64,000 bases of DNA from the NCBI RefSeq assembly GCF_009914755.1, contig NC_060933.1. One strand, 5' to 3'. The stretch is from the human T2T-CHM13v2.0 reference genome, Homo sapiens. Below the pieces are notes generated by a model. It had not been told where the DNA came from. It saw only the letters and a list, made by a program, of their open reading frames with translations, and searched no databases. Of this stretch, positions 1 to 14,730 are shown piece after piece; positions within the stretch are counted from its first letter, which is position 1, and every line of letters starts with the position of its first letter. The position numbers were made by a program, and so were the translations under genes.

Positions 1-28
1 TTATAAAACATTAAAAGAATGGTGGGGG

Positions 29-126
29 TGTGAACCTGGGAGGCGGAGCTTGCAATGAGCCAAGATCGAGCCACTGCACTCCAGTCTGGGCAACAGAGCA
101 GGACTCCGTCTCAAAAAAAAAAAAAA
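29..126 (+). mobile_element. 5'-truncated Alu (AluY-like 3' end)
   Basis: ggcggagcttgca diagnostic and poly(A). Confidence 0.85.
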
Positions 127-223
127 GGTTGGTGGATTTTTTTTCTTGTAACATCATTAGTAACTCTGACAAGAGAAGAAACTGAGTACTATATATTGTA
201 GCAAATTTTAAGCAAATAGGTAA

Positions 224-564
<341 letters not shown>

Positions 565-574
565 ATCATCCTTA

Positions 575-875
<301 letters not shown>

Positions 876-3800
876 TATCATGCTTGTTTCTTAAGACAAA
901 TATCATTGCCAAAAATGGTGGCTACAAATGGCCTTTACCCTGAAAGAGACCAAACAGTTCCATTACTGATACTAGAAATGTGCTTGGCAAAGCTATTTTT
1001 AATAGAAAATACAAAGTTCCATGTCAGCTTGGCATGCCCAAATTATCACACATTCCAAATGGGCAGTCAGAATGAATGAGTTTCCTCTAAATTCCCACGT
1101 TCAGAAAGAAAAGGGTAAACATCTGGGAAGGAAAGTTTTAAGAACCAACTTCTTGCTTCCATCAGCGTATTAAAAAGTGCAATAAATCTAAAGATCCCAG
1201 CTTCAAGACGTCAGTGCCCAGGTCTTAGTTGTTGTTTAGAAGGATGTAGGGAAGGATTAAGTAAGAAATAAAGGAGCTTAAAAAGCACTAATAAACTGCT
1301 CTAACATGGACTGTTCAATAGTCAAGAAAACTCACTGAGGACACTGTTCTGAGCTTCCCAAGAAGGGAGTCTGGAAAATCACAGCTATTTCCTTTTATTC
1401 TCCCTCGAAATTAGAATTGTTGCATAATAAACACTAGAGCTGACCGCAAAGTAAACAAAGCAAAACTTCAACTTTTTTGGAATCCTTTTGCTTGAGGTTT
1501 ACTAACATTAAAATGTTACCGTATTGAACTGAAAGCCTTCATAACTAACTGTAATACAGCACCTTACTCCACGTAGAGGATGCCTCCTGACCAAATAGTG
1601 TTGTGGTATTTTCTGCACTTTAAAGTCGTTGTGCCGGGGGAATGTTCTCTTCCGAAATCCCTCAGCAGGTCAGAAGGGCTCACACAACACAGAGAGCTGT
1701 GGGTACTTGAGGGCAGTCTGGGTGCTCCAGAAAAGTTTTGTGAAAATCTATGTCCAGCAAATTCAGTCAATATTCATTTAATATCGGCAATGGCTCCTTC
1801 TGTAATGTGCACCATCAGGCCCCACACCAGCTAATAGGTGTTTCCAAGTTTACCTTCATGTCTCCAGGCAGTTTTTCTACTGAAAATGGCCAACTTAAGA
1901 AGCACCCCTGGAAGCCAGGCACTTCCTGCCTGCAGGCCGGAGGCAGCTCACTCCAAACCTGCCTGAATGCCTGTCTCCAGGAGGGACGGGTGTAGACTTC
2001 TCTCAATCCACTTAGCACCAAACCTTTGCTCCTCCATATCTAAGCTGTGCTCCTATCCAGTGCCACCAGGGAAAGAGTTTCTGGCCCCTCACTAGAACCC
2101 ACATGGAAGCTCCTGGCATCTCCACCTCTGGAGGTGGCTCAGAGACAGGTGTGGGAGTGGCAACTTCTCCATTATGACCCTGACAAGCGTAGCAGGGTTT
2201 CTAGCTGATCCAGGGCACGCGTTCCCAGAGTAAATCTGTGAGAAGGAAGGTCATGGCCAGCTCTGCTGACTTCAGGCCCTACTGGCTCCAGGCCCTGTCC
2301 CCTTTCCCTAAGCAGCTGCAGCGCCTGACCCCTCGTCACCTGTGTCCCCTCCCTGGGCTCTAGGACCAATTCTGAACTGAGATCGAAGCTCTAGGTCTAA
2401 CCCCCAGCTCCCTTCTGCTAAAAGTCTGACCTAGACTATGTATTCCAACCAGATAAGAAGGATTTTACCCATTTTTCCGGTGTTCTATTGCTTGTATCCA
2501 AATGTTGGTGACCTTATCTTTTGCTCCTGGAGCCTGAGTGGCTGCCTTAGCAATGCAGAGCTGCGTCCTTTTCTTTGTTCTCTCCAATGCCCCTCCTCTC
2601 TCCAACCTCTCCTCTGTTCCCCTCAAGCCCACCCTGCAAGGGCTGGAATCCTCCTGTCTGTGACTTTCACCCAGTGTCTGGGGTCCTGCTACCTAACAGC
2701 TCCTTTTGAGGTTGACTGCCCACCTAGGTTTCTCAATAAGGTCTATCCCTAGATGTCCCTATGAGGGCAGTTCCCCTATCGATTGGGAAAACCTCCTAAT
2801 TCAGGTGGGAGTTTCTGACACCAAGGGCTTACCTCCTGCCCCTCCTTCTGAGGCCTGGGCTTTTCTGTCTGCTACGCTGGAGTCTCAAGGCCTGGTGGGT
2901 CTCACCCCATTCAAGTTAACTGACAGCATAACAGTTCAACCTCAGGTTTGCCCATGCAGCCCTACTTAACCCAGTTAATGTAAAACAAAACAAACTAAAA
3001 CTGAGCTATACTTGGAGCACTATTCAATCAAAATATTATTTATAACAATAATTCTTGGCAAAAACATATTAGAACCACCAAACAACAAATAAATCCTTTC
3101 AGATCCATCCTGTTCTCTCTATTCTGATTGCCACTAATTCATTCATCTCTTGGGTGGATGCTGCAGCAGACTCTTAGCTACATCTCTGTTTCTTCTCTGA
3201 GCCATCTCATTTCTAATGTGTCCCTCTGGCTGATCTTGCTAACATGCAAGCTGACCCGTGTCACTGTCTGGCTTAAAAATTCCTCAGTGGCTCCCTATGA
3301 CCTTCAGGCTCTAACAATGCTGTAGTTGGGTTCCTACTCATCACCCCTCCCCTGCCCTGCTCACCTGACGCCCTCTAACCATGGTAGGCCACTTGCCCTT
3401 CGATGAACGAGTAATATGCTGAAGGCATTCTGTCTTTGCACCAACTCTGCTCCCTTGTTTGGCATGGGGATCAGGCCCATCCATCCTGGAGGCTCAGTTT
3501 CCATGCCAGTCCTGTTCTCCAGGAGCTCTCACCCTGCTGCTCCCTGGGCAAATCTGGGTTAGGTTGCCCGCCCTTGCTCCGGACCCCCACAGCATTCCAG
3601 CTTCCTCCAGCAAAGCCCCTAGGCTGTATTTTTCTTCTCTCTTTACATGCCTTTCTCTGTGTCTTTATAGCCCCAGAGCCCAGACCAATGCTTGACAGAT
3701 GGCTGTCCCCACAGGTTCCTCACTGAAGCTCCCTCCCTCTCCAGCAGAAAGCCCCCTCCTCAGGTGGGCTCTCAGGTACCACCTGCCATGTGATGCCATA

Positions 3801-3901
3801 CATCTCAGACCCTGAAACTCAGCAAAAGACCTGCTCAGAACCTGAGAATGGACAGTTTTGGACTTTCTTAAAGCTAAATCTGATATGTCTAATCTGACAT
3901 G

Positions 3902-3973
3902 TCTGATTTAGATACGTCTAAAGAAAGTAGACATATCTAATAATCTACTTTCTTTAGACGTATCTAAATCAGA
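3902..3973. repeat. Perfect inverted repeat, 30-bp arms, 12-nt spacer
   Basis: tctgatttagatacgtctaaagaaagtaga / catatctaataa / tctactttctttagacgtatctaaatcaga. Confidence 0.95.
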
Positions 3974-5827
3974 TTATTTTCATAGAAAGTCTTAATTCAT
4001 CAGCCAAAATATAATAATGTAATTTGAACCAGGAAATTACCCATAGAAAAGTGACTAAAATCTAATGTGCTGACACAAACAAAATTAATCACTTCCATCT
4101 GTATATATCCGTTCTCAGTTGACCCAGCAAATAAAGCGTTTACACTTGCCTGGGATATCCACTAGAACTTACCCTAAGTAATATACAATGTATAGAAAGT
4201 GCATTTTAGAATAATGAGATATATGAGAGACAGAAGATAAGCTTGGACACAAACTGGTATCAGAGGCCAGACTGTTCTGGAATTACCCCTCTGCTGAGGA
4301 TTACTACCTTTCACAGGGTAGAGGGTGTGGCAGCACTGTTCCTCTGCCTAGAGGTTTAAGAGTCTGCTTTGTCATTAGAACTAATTAATTTCTGTTAATA
4401 ATGTGGAAAAGTCTATGTTCCAATCACCGGCATGTGGAATATGGGATGGGGCAAACTTGCTTCTTTGGAATGAATATCATTCTATCACCTTTATGAAACT
4501 AATCCTTTGTGGGTACTTCATTCTATATTTCTAATTTGTATTCCAAATGTAGATCTATAGCTACTTCTTTCCTACTCTGAGACACTAGATGAGGCATGAG
4601 CAAATGGGGAAAATGTAAATGAGGCCTCATTTGATGATTCATGTCTTAGGAACTCTGTCCTCATTCAAAGCGTTTTCTCTTCCAAACTGTATTCTCCCAA
4701 TATCCTAATAAGTCCTTTAAGTGGCATCACAAAGCATCCTTTTCTGAGCAGCAAGACACAAAAAATAATAGCTATCCCATTAAACTGTTGGGTAAGAACT
4801 CTGGCTGCAAGAATCATTCTTGTTCTGTAACAAAACCCTTTCTCCTTCTCTAAGGATAAATTTGACCTTGGGTTAACTTTCTATCTCAGTTCCCCTAGAA
4901 AACAATGAAGGTAGAATGTTAGCTGAATTACTAGGCCACAAAGCATATGGTTAAAATGATCCCTGATTTGGTAAATTGCATAGATATCTAGTAGAAAGTC
5001 ATTGCTCTAGGCTTTTCTGAGTGCGATGATTCTTGTAACTTAATATGACCCTTGCTTGGACCTTAGAAGGCATACTATGGAGCAGTTCTAAAAGATACTG
5101 GATTCTGTGGGGCATCTAAGCCAAGAAAGACTCATATCCACCAATGTGGATCTTGTCCTTTTGCACCTGAGCTTTCACTTGAGGAGCCAGAGACTAGTCT
5201 CTGGAACTCTTGCAAATACTCCACTGAAGAGAAATGCTTGACACTGACTGTCCAGCAAGCCGTGTTTCCTGCCCTGTATCCTTCTAAGTGAATCTGAGCT
5301 AAGTGTGGCCTATGGTAGTGAACTTGTAAGACTGCATGCTTAGGTGAAAACCCCTAGTGGATGTGGCATAACTACCACCCCCTGTATAACGTATGGCTAT
5401 TGTGTTTTCTGCAATGCGTTTTCTTAAAGACGTGGGATAGAATGTCAAGGAAACAGTAAATTGATTCTCCCTTTAAAATAGGTAAAATTGATAAAATACT
5501 AAGAGAAAACACCCTATATTTAGGCAACTACACTAGGACTGCAACCATGCAAAAAGGATGAGTAAACTTGCTTAAGGTTTGGGAGGAAATATAGAAATAT
5601 TCATATTGCTGTTTTGTTAAATGAGATATGGGATTCAGGGTGATGTTCTTTTTAGAAAGTATTTATTATGGCATTATAATATGGTCTGTGTAATATATTA
5701 ACATTTTAAAAAATAAGTGGAAGGCCCTTTGACTGCATCATACCCAGCTTAATCCAGTGCTCCTTCTCCCTAAGCTGTCCTACCATCTTAAATATCCTCT
5801 TCATTCAGCCATCAAAAATAATGAAGA

Positions 5828-6211
<384 letters not shown>

Positions 6212-6736
6212 CTAGCACTAAGATTTCTCCTTGCAGGATAAGTCTTGCTGAGATAATGTCATTAGGTAAAAGGCAGAGGCTGTGTGCAGCCTGTAGTACT
6301 TAATATGGAGACCAGTATATTTGGTTTTAAAAATGGTACCTCCAAATATAATACTTAAAGAAAAGGGAAGCTGATACCCCATTTCTATGACATATGCCTA
6401 GAATTTTGGTGCTTTTGTTTCCCGCAAGAATGAAATGTTCTATTATTTTTTCATTTTCAGAATATATTCCTCTCATTAGAACCCCATATTATATGCATAA
6501 CCCAAAAAGTGGAAACCATGTTCTTCCACCAGTGGCATTAGACCAAGAAAGCCTGCCTTTGAACCTTTAAAAGCCTGTCTCCAATCCTTAAAACCTTAAT
6601 GGCTAGTGAACACAGCAATTCCCAATTAAGAGTCCTCAAATCTGATCTCAAAAATAACTGTCATGTTTTAGTAGAAGAGTGTATCTGAGACTTGGCCCTA
6701 GAAACATGTTTAAATGTCAACAATAACAGCAGATAC

Positions 6737-6833
6737 CTGGAAACTTGTTCACTTGACCGGAGAATATGTCATTGTCGTGAAATGAAACTCCATGCCAGTA
6801 GATGTCACAAGGCAAGCGCCGGCCAAATGGGAA
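6737..6833 (-). CDS. TTLL11: TTLL11 coding exon 2 (97 nt, FPFGRRLPCDIYWHGVSFHDNDIFSGQVNKFP+G)
   Basis: Acceptor ttttttctcttctag|TTC and donor CCAG|gtatct. Encodes the start of the TTL domain, including the family VNxFPG motif. Too short for the ORF track. Confidence 0.96.
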
Positions 6834-6864
6834 CTAGAAGAGAAAAAATGTGACTCGCAATAAG

Positions 6865-7255
6865 AATAAGAAGAGCAGTGACCACACTGAGTATCCATTA
6901 TGTACAAATTCCTGGCACCCTGGTGTACTTACCATGGTTTAATCCTTATAATACGCATATGAGGTAAGTGATATTCTTTGCCATTTTACAGATGAGGAAA
7001 CAGATTCAAACAGGTTTAATAACTTGTTCCAAGTGGTAGAGCTCTGATTACATGTGGCAGATACTACACTCCTGGCTTTGCAGGCACCATTTCACTTTAA
7101 TCCTTATAACTACCCTATAAAGGATTACTCCCATTTTGCTGATTCAAAACTTGGGGCTGACAGAGGTAATTTAACATGCCCAAGGGTCACACAGAGCTGG
7201 TAAGGGGAGGAACCAGGATTAGAGTCCAGGTCTATCCAAATTCCAAGCCCATACA
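6865..7255. mobile_element. Two MIR fragments next to exon 2
   Basis: ccattttacagatgaggaaac and cccaagggtcacacag MIR cores. Confidence 0.7.
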
Positions 7256-7326
7256 TCCCTTCCTCTGAAAATTACAACCCTCAACCGAGCCCAAAAGAAT
7301 AAGCTTTCAGAGTCCCTCTTCCCTTA

Positions 7327-7369
<43 letters not shown>

Positions 7370-7380
7370 TACACACACAC
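7327..7380. repeat. (TC)n(CA)n compound microsatellite
   Basis: Read directly. Confidence 0.95.
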
Positions 7381-9477
7381 ATATGCTCCATGAGGGTAAG
7401 ATGAATCCCAGGGCCTAAAACAGTTCCCCAAACTCGTAAAGACTTCCTGAATTAATAAATGAACAAATCAGGAGTGGTCATCTGACTCAAGATGAGATAA
7501 CCAGATTCTCTCTTCCAGGAATCTGGAAATCAGAGATGCCAGGCAGCCTCTGCTGGCCCTTGAACTGGCAGGGATAAAAAGCCAGGGCAGGGCAGCTGTG
7601 CTTGGCTATGTGCACAGGAGCAGAGACAGCCAGTCTGCTGAGAGACAAGAAAGGAGCAGGTGTGGGAGGGAAAGCAGAGATGAGACAACATAGCCCTAGA
7701 AACTCAGACTGAGTGGCCTCAGACCCGCGTGAGCCTGTAAGATAGCCTTGTATCCTGAGAATACCTTTTTGGTCTTCTAAAATCTTGTTTGGCACAAGCT
7801 ATAGAGTTTCAATTATTTGAAGCCAGAAAATTTCTCACCGAGACAAAAGGGCCTGTTCTTTCCACTACATCCTGTTGCTTCTCAAAGTTATCAACAAGCT
7901 CTGCATTTAATGAACATATTTTTTAAATCTGTAACTCAGATGACCTTGTTAAAGGAGAAAAGAGAGGCCATGTTAGTTCATATTCAGAATTTGCTTGTTA
8001 AAAGTGCACACAAATAGATATGCCAACATATTAAATAAAAATCTTTTGATTTTCCCATTCTAGGACTATAGGTAATCAGAATTTTTATCTACTTCAAGTT
8101 GAGGGGCCAAGGTCCAATGGAAGAACATAGCCTTACTAATGAAATGGTGGTGACTCAATGCTTTCCATACATTCCACATTAAAATGAAGCCAGCCTCAAG
8201 TCATTTAAATCAGTCACATTATTTCAAAGCTGTGCACAATGAGGCATATGTTGTACACTCTACTCACATTAACAACTTCCATCTATAATTTACAGCATTT
8301 TGCTCATTTTCTTTTTATGCAATGGGCTGTAAGTTATTAATTCAGTACTCATAAATACAATGAGATACAACATATGTTATTTTCTTCTAGCTGTTAAGTG
8401 CTAATATAGAGAAGGAGAAAATAACCAGAATTAAGCAGGCTATCCGAGCAAAGGGTAAAGTGGCTTTGCTTTGTTGCCCACAATGAGGAACCAACACCTT
8501 GTCAGTGGGCAACCCAATGACTCTTATCTCCTTTTTCATCACTCTTCAATGCTTACCACCCTCATGAATACCAAATTGCCCCCCCTTTTAGAGGCACCTT
8601 TAGCTCATTCAGTTTTGAGAAACTACCATTTTTAAAAACATGTCCATTCACTCAGTAATTATTATATGCCAGACTAGGTGCTAGGAATATGGGGGATATA
8701 ATTTTAATTAAGTCCCAGGATTTCATAATCCTACCTCTTTTTAAGCTCCTTTAAAAACTGTCCGCTTACACAGCTAACATCATACTCAATGGTAAAATAC
8801 TAAAAGCTTTAAAGCTTTTCCACCATGATCAGGAATAAGACAAAGATGCCCACTTTTATTTTACATCAACATAGTATTATAAATTCTAGCCAGAATAGGC
8901 AAGAGAAAGATATAGAAGGTGTCCACATTAGAAAATAAGAAGCAAAATTATCTGTTTGTTGATGACATGATCCCATATGTAGAAAACTCTAATGATTCCA
9001 CAGAAAAATATTCAAAGTAATAAACAAATTCAGCAAAGTTGCAGGATACAAAATCAACACATAAAAATCAACTGTGTTTCATACATGATGAGGAGCAATC
9101 CAAAAAGGACCTTTTTTTAAAAGAATTCCATTTATAATAGCATCAAAAAGAATAAAATACTTAGGAATTAACCAAAAAGGTGAAAGACTTGTACACTGAA
9201 AACTATAAAATATTTGTAAAAGAAATTAAAGAAGATATTAATACAAATAAACAGAAAGATATCCTATGCTCATAGACCGGAAGAGTTAATATTGTTAGGA
9301 TGTCAATACTACCTAAAATGGTCTACAGATGCAATGCAGTCTCTATCAAAATCCCAATAACTTTTTTTCAAAATAAAAAAATCCATCCTAAAATTCATAT
9401 GGAATTACAAGGGACCCCAAATAGCAAAAACAATCTTGAAAAAAAAAAAAAGAACCAAGTGGAGTTCTCATACTTCC

Positions 9478-9766
9478 TTTTTTTTTTTTTTTGAAACAGA
9501 GTCTTCTTCCATCACCCAGGCTGGAGTGCAGTGGTACAATCTCAGCTCACTGCAACCTCTGCCTCCTGGATCAAGTGATTCTTTCTCTTCTGCCTCAGCC
9601 CCCCGAGTGGCTGGGATTACTGGCACATGCCAGCGCACCCAGCTAATTCTTGTATTTTTAGTAGAGGCTGGGTTTTGCCATGTTGGCCAGTCTGGTCTCA
9701 GGCCATCCACCTGCCTCGGCCTCCCCAAGTGCTGGGATTAAAGGCGTGAGTCACTGCGCCCAGGCT
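9478..9766 (-). mobile_element. AluS-like inside L1
   Basis: Dimer with poly(T). Confidence 0.9.
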
Positions 9767-9819
9767 GGAGGTCTCACATTTCCTGATGCCAAAAACAAAG
9801 CTACAGTAATCAAATAGTG

Positions 9820-10732
9820 TATACAATCACAATGAGATACCACCAGCACCTATTACAATGGCCAAAGTCCAAAACACTGACATACCAAATGCTGGCAAGG
9901 ACGTCGAGCAACAGGAACCCTCATTCCTTTCTGGTGGAAATGCAAAATGGTAAAGCCACTTTACAAGGCAGTTTGGCAGTTTCTTACAAAACTAAACATA
10001 CTCTTATTATATAATCCAGCAATTAGTTCTCCTCGGTATTTATCCAAATGGGTTGAAAAACTTATATCCACACAAAAATCTGCACATGAATGTTTATAGC
10101 AGCTGTATTCATAACTGCCAAAACTTGGAAGCAGCTGAGATGTCCTTCAGTAGGTGAGTCCTTCTGTAGGTGAGTAGATAAATAAACTACAGTATATCCA
10201 AACAATGAAATATTATTCAGTGCTAAAAAGAAATGAGCTGTCAAGCCACAAAAGACATGGAGGAATCTTAAATGCATATTACTAAATGGAATAAGTCAAT
10301 CTGAAAAAGCTACATACTGTATGATTCCAACTAAACTACATTCTGGAAAAGGCAAAACTACAGAGACAGTAAAAAGATCAGTATTTGCCAGGGGCCCGAG
10401 GGGAGGAAGAGATGAATAGGTGAAGTACAGAGGATTTTAGAGCAGTGAAAATACTCTGTGTGATACTATAATGGTAGATACATGTCATTATACATTTTTC
10501 AAAACCCATAGAATAGCACCAAGAGTGAAGAGTAATGTAAACTATGGACTTTGGGTGATGATGACATGTCAGTGTAGTTTCATCAGTTGTAAAAAACACA
10601 CCACTCTGATTCAGGATTTTGATGGTGGGGGAGGCTATCAATGCAGGTGGGGGAAAATCTCTGCACCATATGCTCAATTTTGCTGTGAACCAAAAATGCT
10701 TTAAAAATGAAAATAAAAACAAATGAAAAAAA
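9820..10732 (+). mobile_element. L1MC-like 3' fragment nested in the L1MB-like element
   Basis: A second ORF2 end and 3' UTR (taatgtaaactatggactttgggtgatg) with an A-rich tail; the host ORF2 resumes at cagtgtggtactggcataaagac. Confidence 0.75.
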
Positions 10733-10963
10733 TCAGTGTGGTACTGGCATAAAGACAGATATAGAGGACAGTGGGATAGGATAGCTCAGAAATAAAGCCT
10801 CTCAGGTGTGATCAAATGATTCTCAACAAGGATGACAAGACTATTCAATAGGGAAAGGGCAGTCTTTTCAACAAGTGGTGCTGGGAAAACTGAATATCCA
10901 CGTGCAAAAAGAATGAAGTTGGACCTTTACCTTATACCATATACAAAAATTAACCCAAAATAG

Positions 10964-11107
10964 ATCAAAGGCCTAATCATATGAGCCAAATCAAAGGCCT
11001 AATCATATGAGAAAAGCTTCATAACACTAGAAATACAGAAAATATAGGAGAAAAGCTTCATAACACTAGAAATATAGAAAACATAGGAGAAAAGCTTCAT
11101 AACACTG
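10964..11107. repeat. Adjacent 26-bp (x2) and 39-bp (x2.5) tandem duplications inside L1
   Basis: atcaaaggcctaatcatatgag twice; gagaaaagcttcataacact at 11009, 11048 and 11087. Confidence 0.9.
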
Positions 11108-11302
11108 CATTTGGCAATGATTTCTTGGATATGACAACGTAAGCACAGCCAACAAAAAACAAAATAGGTAAATCAAAGATAAAAATTAAAAACTTTTTTT
11201 CATCAAAAGACACTATGAACAGAGTGAAAAGGTAACCCACAGAATGGCAGAAAATATGTGCAAAATCATATATTTGATAATAGATCAATAGTCAGAATAT
11301 AT

Positions 11303-12086
11303 ATATATTTTTTTCTTTTCTTTTTTTATTTTATTATTATACTTTAAGTTTTAGGGTACATGTGCACAACGTGCAGGTTTGTTACATATGTATACATGTG
11401 CCATGTTGGTGTGCTGCACCCATTAACTCGTCATTTAGTATTAGGTATATCTCCTAATGCTATCCCTTCCCCCTCCCCTCATCCCACAACAGTCCCCGGT
11501 GTGTGATGTTCCCCTTCCTGTGTCCATGTGTTCTCATTGTTCAATTCCCACCTACGAGTGAGAACGTGCAGTGTTTGGTTTTTTGTCCTTGCGATAGTTT
11601 GCTGAGAATGATGGTTTCCAGCTTCATCCATGTCCCTATAAAGGACATGAACTCATCCTTTTTTATGGCTGCATAGTATTCCATGGTGTATATGTGCCAC
11701 ATTTTCTTAATCCAGTCTATCATTGTTGGACATTTGGGTTGGTTCCAAGTCTTTGCTATTGTGAATAGTGCCGCAATAAACATACGTGTGCATGTGTCTT
11801 TATAGCAGCATGATTTATAATCCTTTGGGTATATACCCAGTAATGGGATGGCTGGGTCAAATGGTATTTCTAGTTCTAGATCCCTGAGGAATTGCCACAC
11901 CGACTTCCACAATGGTTGAACTAGTTTACAGTCCCACCAACAGTATAAAAGTGTTCCTATTTCTCCACATCCTCTCTAGCACCGGTTGTTTCCTGACTTT
12001 TTAATGATCGCCATTCTAACTGGTGTGAGATGGTATCGCATTGTGGTTTTGATTTGCATTTCTCTGATGGCCAGTGATGATGAGCA
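11303..12086 (-). mobile_element. 5'-truncated young L1PA (L1PA3/4-like)
   Basis: Near-consensus ORF2 C-terminus (ORF 11541-11912), 3' UTR and poly(A); TSD about cagaatatat. Lacks the L1HS-Ta ACA diagnostic. Confidence 0.93.
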
Positions 12087-12292
12087 GAATATATTTTTAA
12101 ACTCCTACAACTCAACAATGAAAAAACACTTACAAAATGGACAAAAGTCCTGAATAGACATTTCTCCTAAGATATACTAATGGCCAATGAGCATATGAAA
12201 AGATATTTAACATCATTAATCATTTAAAAAATTGCAAATCAAAATCATAAGAAACTGCTTCATACCCATTAGGATAACTATTATCAAAAACA

Positions 12293-12583
12293 GGCTGGGC
12301 GAGGTGGCACACACCTGTAATCACAGCACTTTGGGAGGCTGACGCGGGAGGAGTTCAAGACCAGCCTGAGCAACATAGCAGGGCCCCCATCTAACAAACA
12401 ACAACAACAAAATACCTGAAAAATTAGCTGGGCATCGTGGCATGCCTGTAGTCCCAACTACTCGGGAAGCTGAAGCAGGAGGATTGCTTGAACCCAGGTG
12501 TTTGAGGCTATAGTGAACTATGATTGCACCACTGCTCTCCAGCCTAGATGATAGAGACCCTATCTAAAAAAAAAGAAAAAAAA
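12293..12583 (+). mobile_element. AluJ-like inside L1
   Basis: Dimer. Confidence 0.9.
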
Positions 12584-12735
12584 TCACAGGACCTAAGTGT
12601 TGACAAGTATATAGAGAAATTGGAACCCTTGCACATTAAGAATATAGAAAGCTGCTGTAGTTAAAAAAAAAAATCACTGGCTGATTGATCTAGCAATTCC
12701 AGTTCTGGGTGTATCCCCCAAAAGAATTGAAAGCA

Positions 12736-13071
<336 letters not shown>

Positions 13072-13570
13072 TCATAGGAGCATATTCACAATAGCCAAAA
13101 TGTAGAAAAAGCCCAGGTGTGTCCATTAGTGGATGAAGAAATAAACACAATATGGTATATAAATACAATAGAAAATTATCCGGCCTTATAAAGGAAGGAA
13201 ATTCTTCTACAACATGGATGTACCTTGAAGATGTGATGCTAAGTGAATGAGTCAGACACAAAAAGACAAATATCGTATGATTCTACTTATCTGAGGAACC
13301 TAGAGTAGTCAAATTCATAGAGGCAGAAAGTAGGATGGTGGTTGCCAGAGGCTGAAGGGAACAGAAATAGGGAGTTAGTGTTTAATGGGTACAGAGTGTC
13401 AGTTTGGGAAGATAAGAAAGTTCTGGAGATGCATGACAGTGATGGTTGGACAGCAGTGTGATTGTACTTAAAGCCACTGAACTGTACACCTAAAAATGGT
13501 TAAAATGGTAAATTTTATATCATGTATGTTTTACCACAATAAAAACAAAACACCATCTACTTAAGCCCCC

Positions 13571-13943
13571 TGATAGAGTTTGGATTTGTGTCCCCGCCCA
13601 AGTTTCATGTCGACTTGCAATCCCCAGTGTTGGAGAAGAGGCCTGGTGAGAGGTGATTGGATCATGGGGACAGACTTCCCTCTTGCTGCTCTCGTGACAG
13701 TGAATTCTCACGAGATCTGGTTGTTTAAAAGTGTGTAGCACCTCCCCTCCTTCTCTCTCTTCCTCCTGCTCCAGCCATGTAAGACACCTCCTTCCTGTTT
13801 GCCTTCTTCCATGATTGTAAGTTTCCTGAGGCCTCCAGAGCCATTCTTCCTGTACAGCCTGTGAACCATGAGCCAATTAAACCTCTTTCCCTTATCAATT
13901 ACCCAGTCTCAGGTAGTTCTTTATAGCAAGAACAGACTAATAC
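13571..13943 (+). mobile_element. MaLR solo LTR, MSTA-like
   Basis: tgatagagtttggatttgtgtcccc...gactaatacg with a 5-bp ccccc TSD. Confidence 0.88.
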
Positions 13944-14599
13944 GCCCCCTGCAGCTGAGGGGCCATTTGTGGCTCTACTCTGAGCTGTCTGCAGTGTAGA
14001 ATGCTGTTCAGATTGTCATGGAGCATTGAAAGCTGACAAATGGTTCTCAGATCCCCATTCTCCATCTTTTTCCAGTCCTGACCATCCTCCCAGTTTCCCG
14101 AGTTCTAAATCTGGTAGTCATCTTTCCTTTTCTCTTCTTCAGACACTTTTGGAAAAAGCACTGGATTTGGGATCAGCAGACCTGAGAGTCCTAGACTTGT
14201 CTCTGGCACTCACTGTGAGATTGTAATTAAGCCTCTATCCTCAGGAGATAGAGATGAGGAAACGTGGCAAGATAGCGAGGAGAACCAACCAAGATATGGA
14301 AATGGAAGGGCTTAGTACATGCCACAGAACAACACAATCTGAGTTCCATCATTGATTCAGGTACTCATTAGGTGTTGATTAAGTACCTCCTACGCGCCAA
14401 AGGGTCTCAGGAGCCAACAACACAATGGGAAATGTCTGCCTTCGGAGTATATGGTCCATGGGGGAGAAGATGATAAGCCAGATGGTGCTCAAAGGTATCA
14501 CTATAAACCATGGTAGGGGCTGTGGAAGGAATCCCAGAGAGCAACGAGGGCACAGGAAGACCTAGTCACATCTGGGGAGCCTGAGAAGGCCACCCCGTG

Positions 14600-14730
14600 T
14601 CAGGTGACCACCTGCCCATTTGTCCAGAAGTTTCCAGCATATGCCTGTTGTCCTGGTGTCATTGTTCATAACACCCATTGCACTTTCAAATGTATCCCAG
14701 TTTGGGCAATAAATAAAATGGTCAACCTTT
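14600..14730. mobile_element. hAT-Blackjack MITE (MER81/MER94-like)
   Basis: ggtgacca...tggtcaacc terminal inverted repeats. Confidence 0.6.

Noticed and set aside
2050-2970. Unique-looking pyrimidine-rich segment with short ORFs, possibly decayed retroviral internal sequence
   Set aside because: No recognisable motifs or splice structure; cannot be assigned without a Dfam search.
10964-11107. Repeated 39-bp units resembling a CRISPR-like array
   Set aside because: Whole units are duplicated with no unique spacers; slippage inside a eukaryotic L1.
11541-11912. 123-aa ORF with clear protein similarity
   Set aside because: C-terminus of L1 ORF2 in a 5'-truncated copy, not a host gene.
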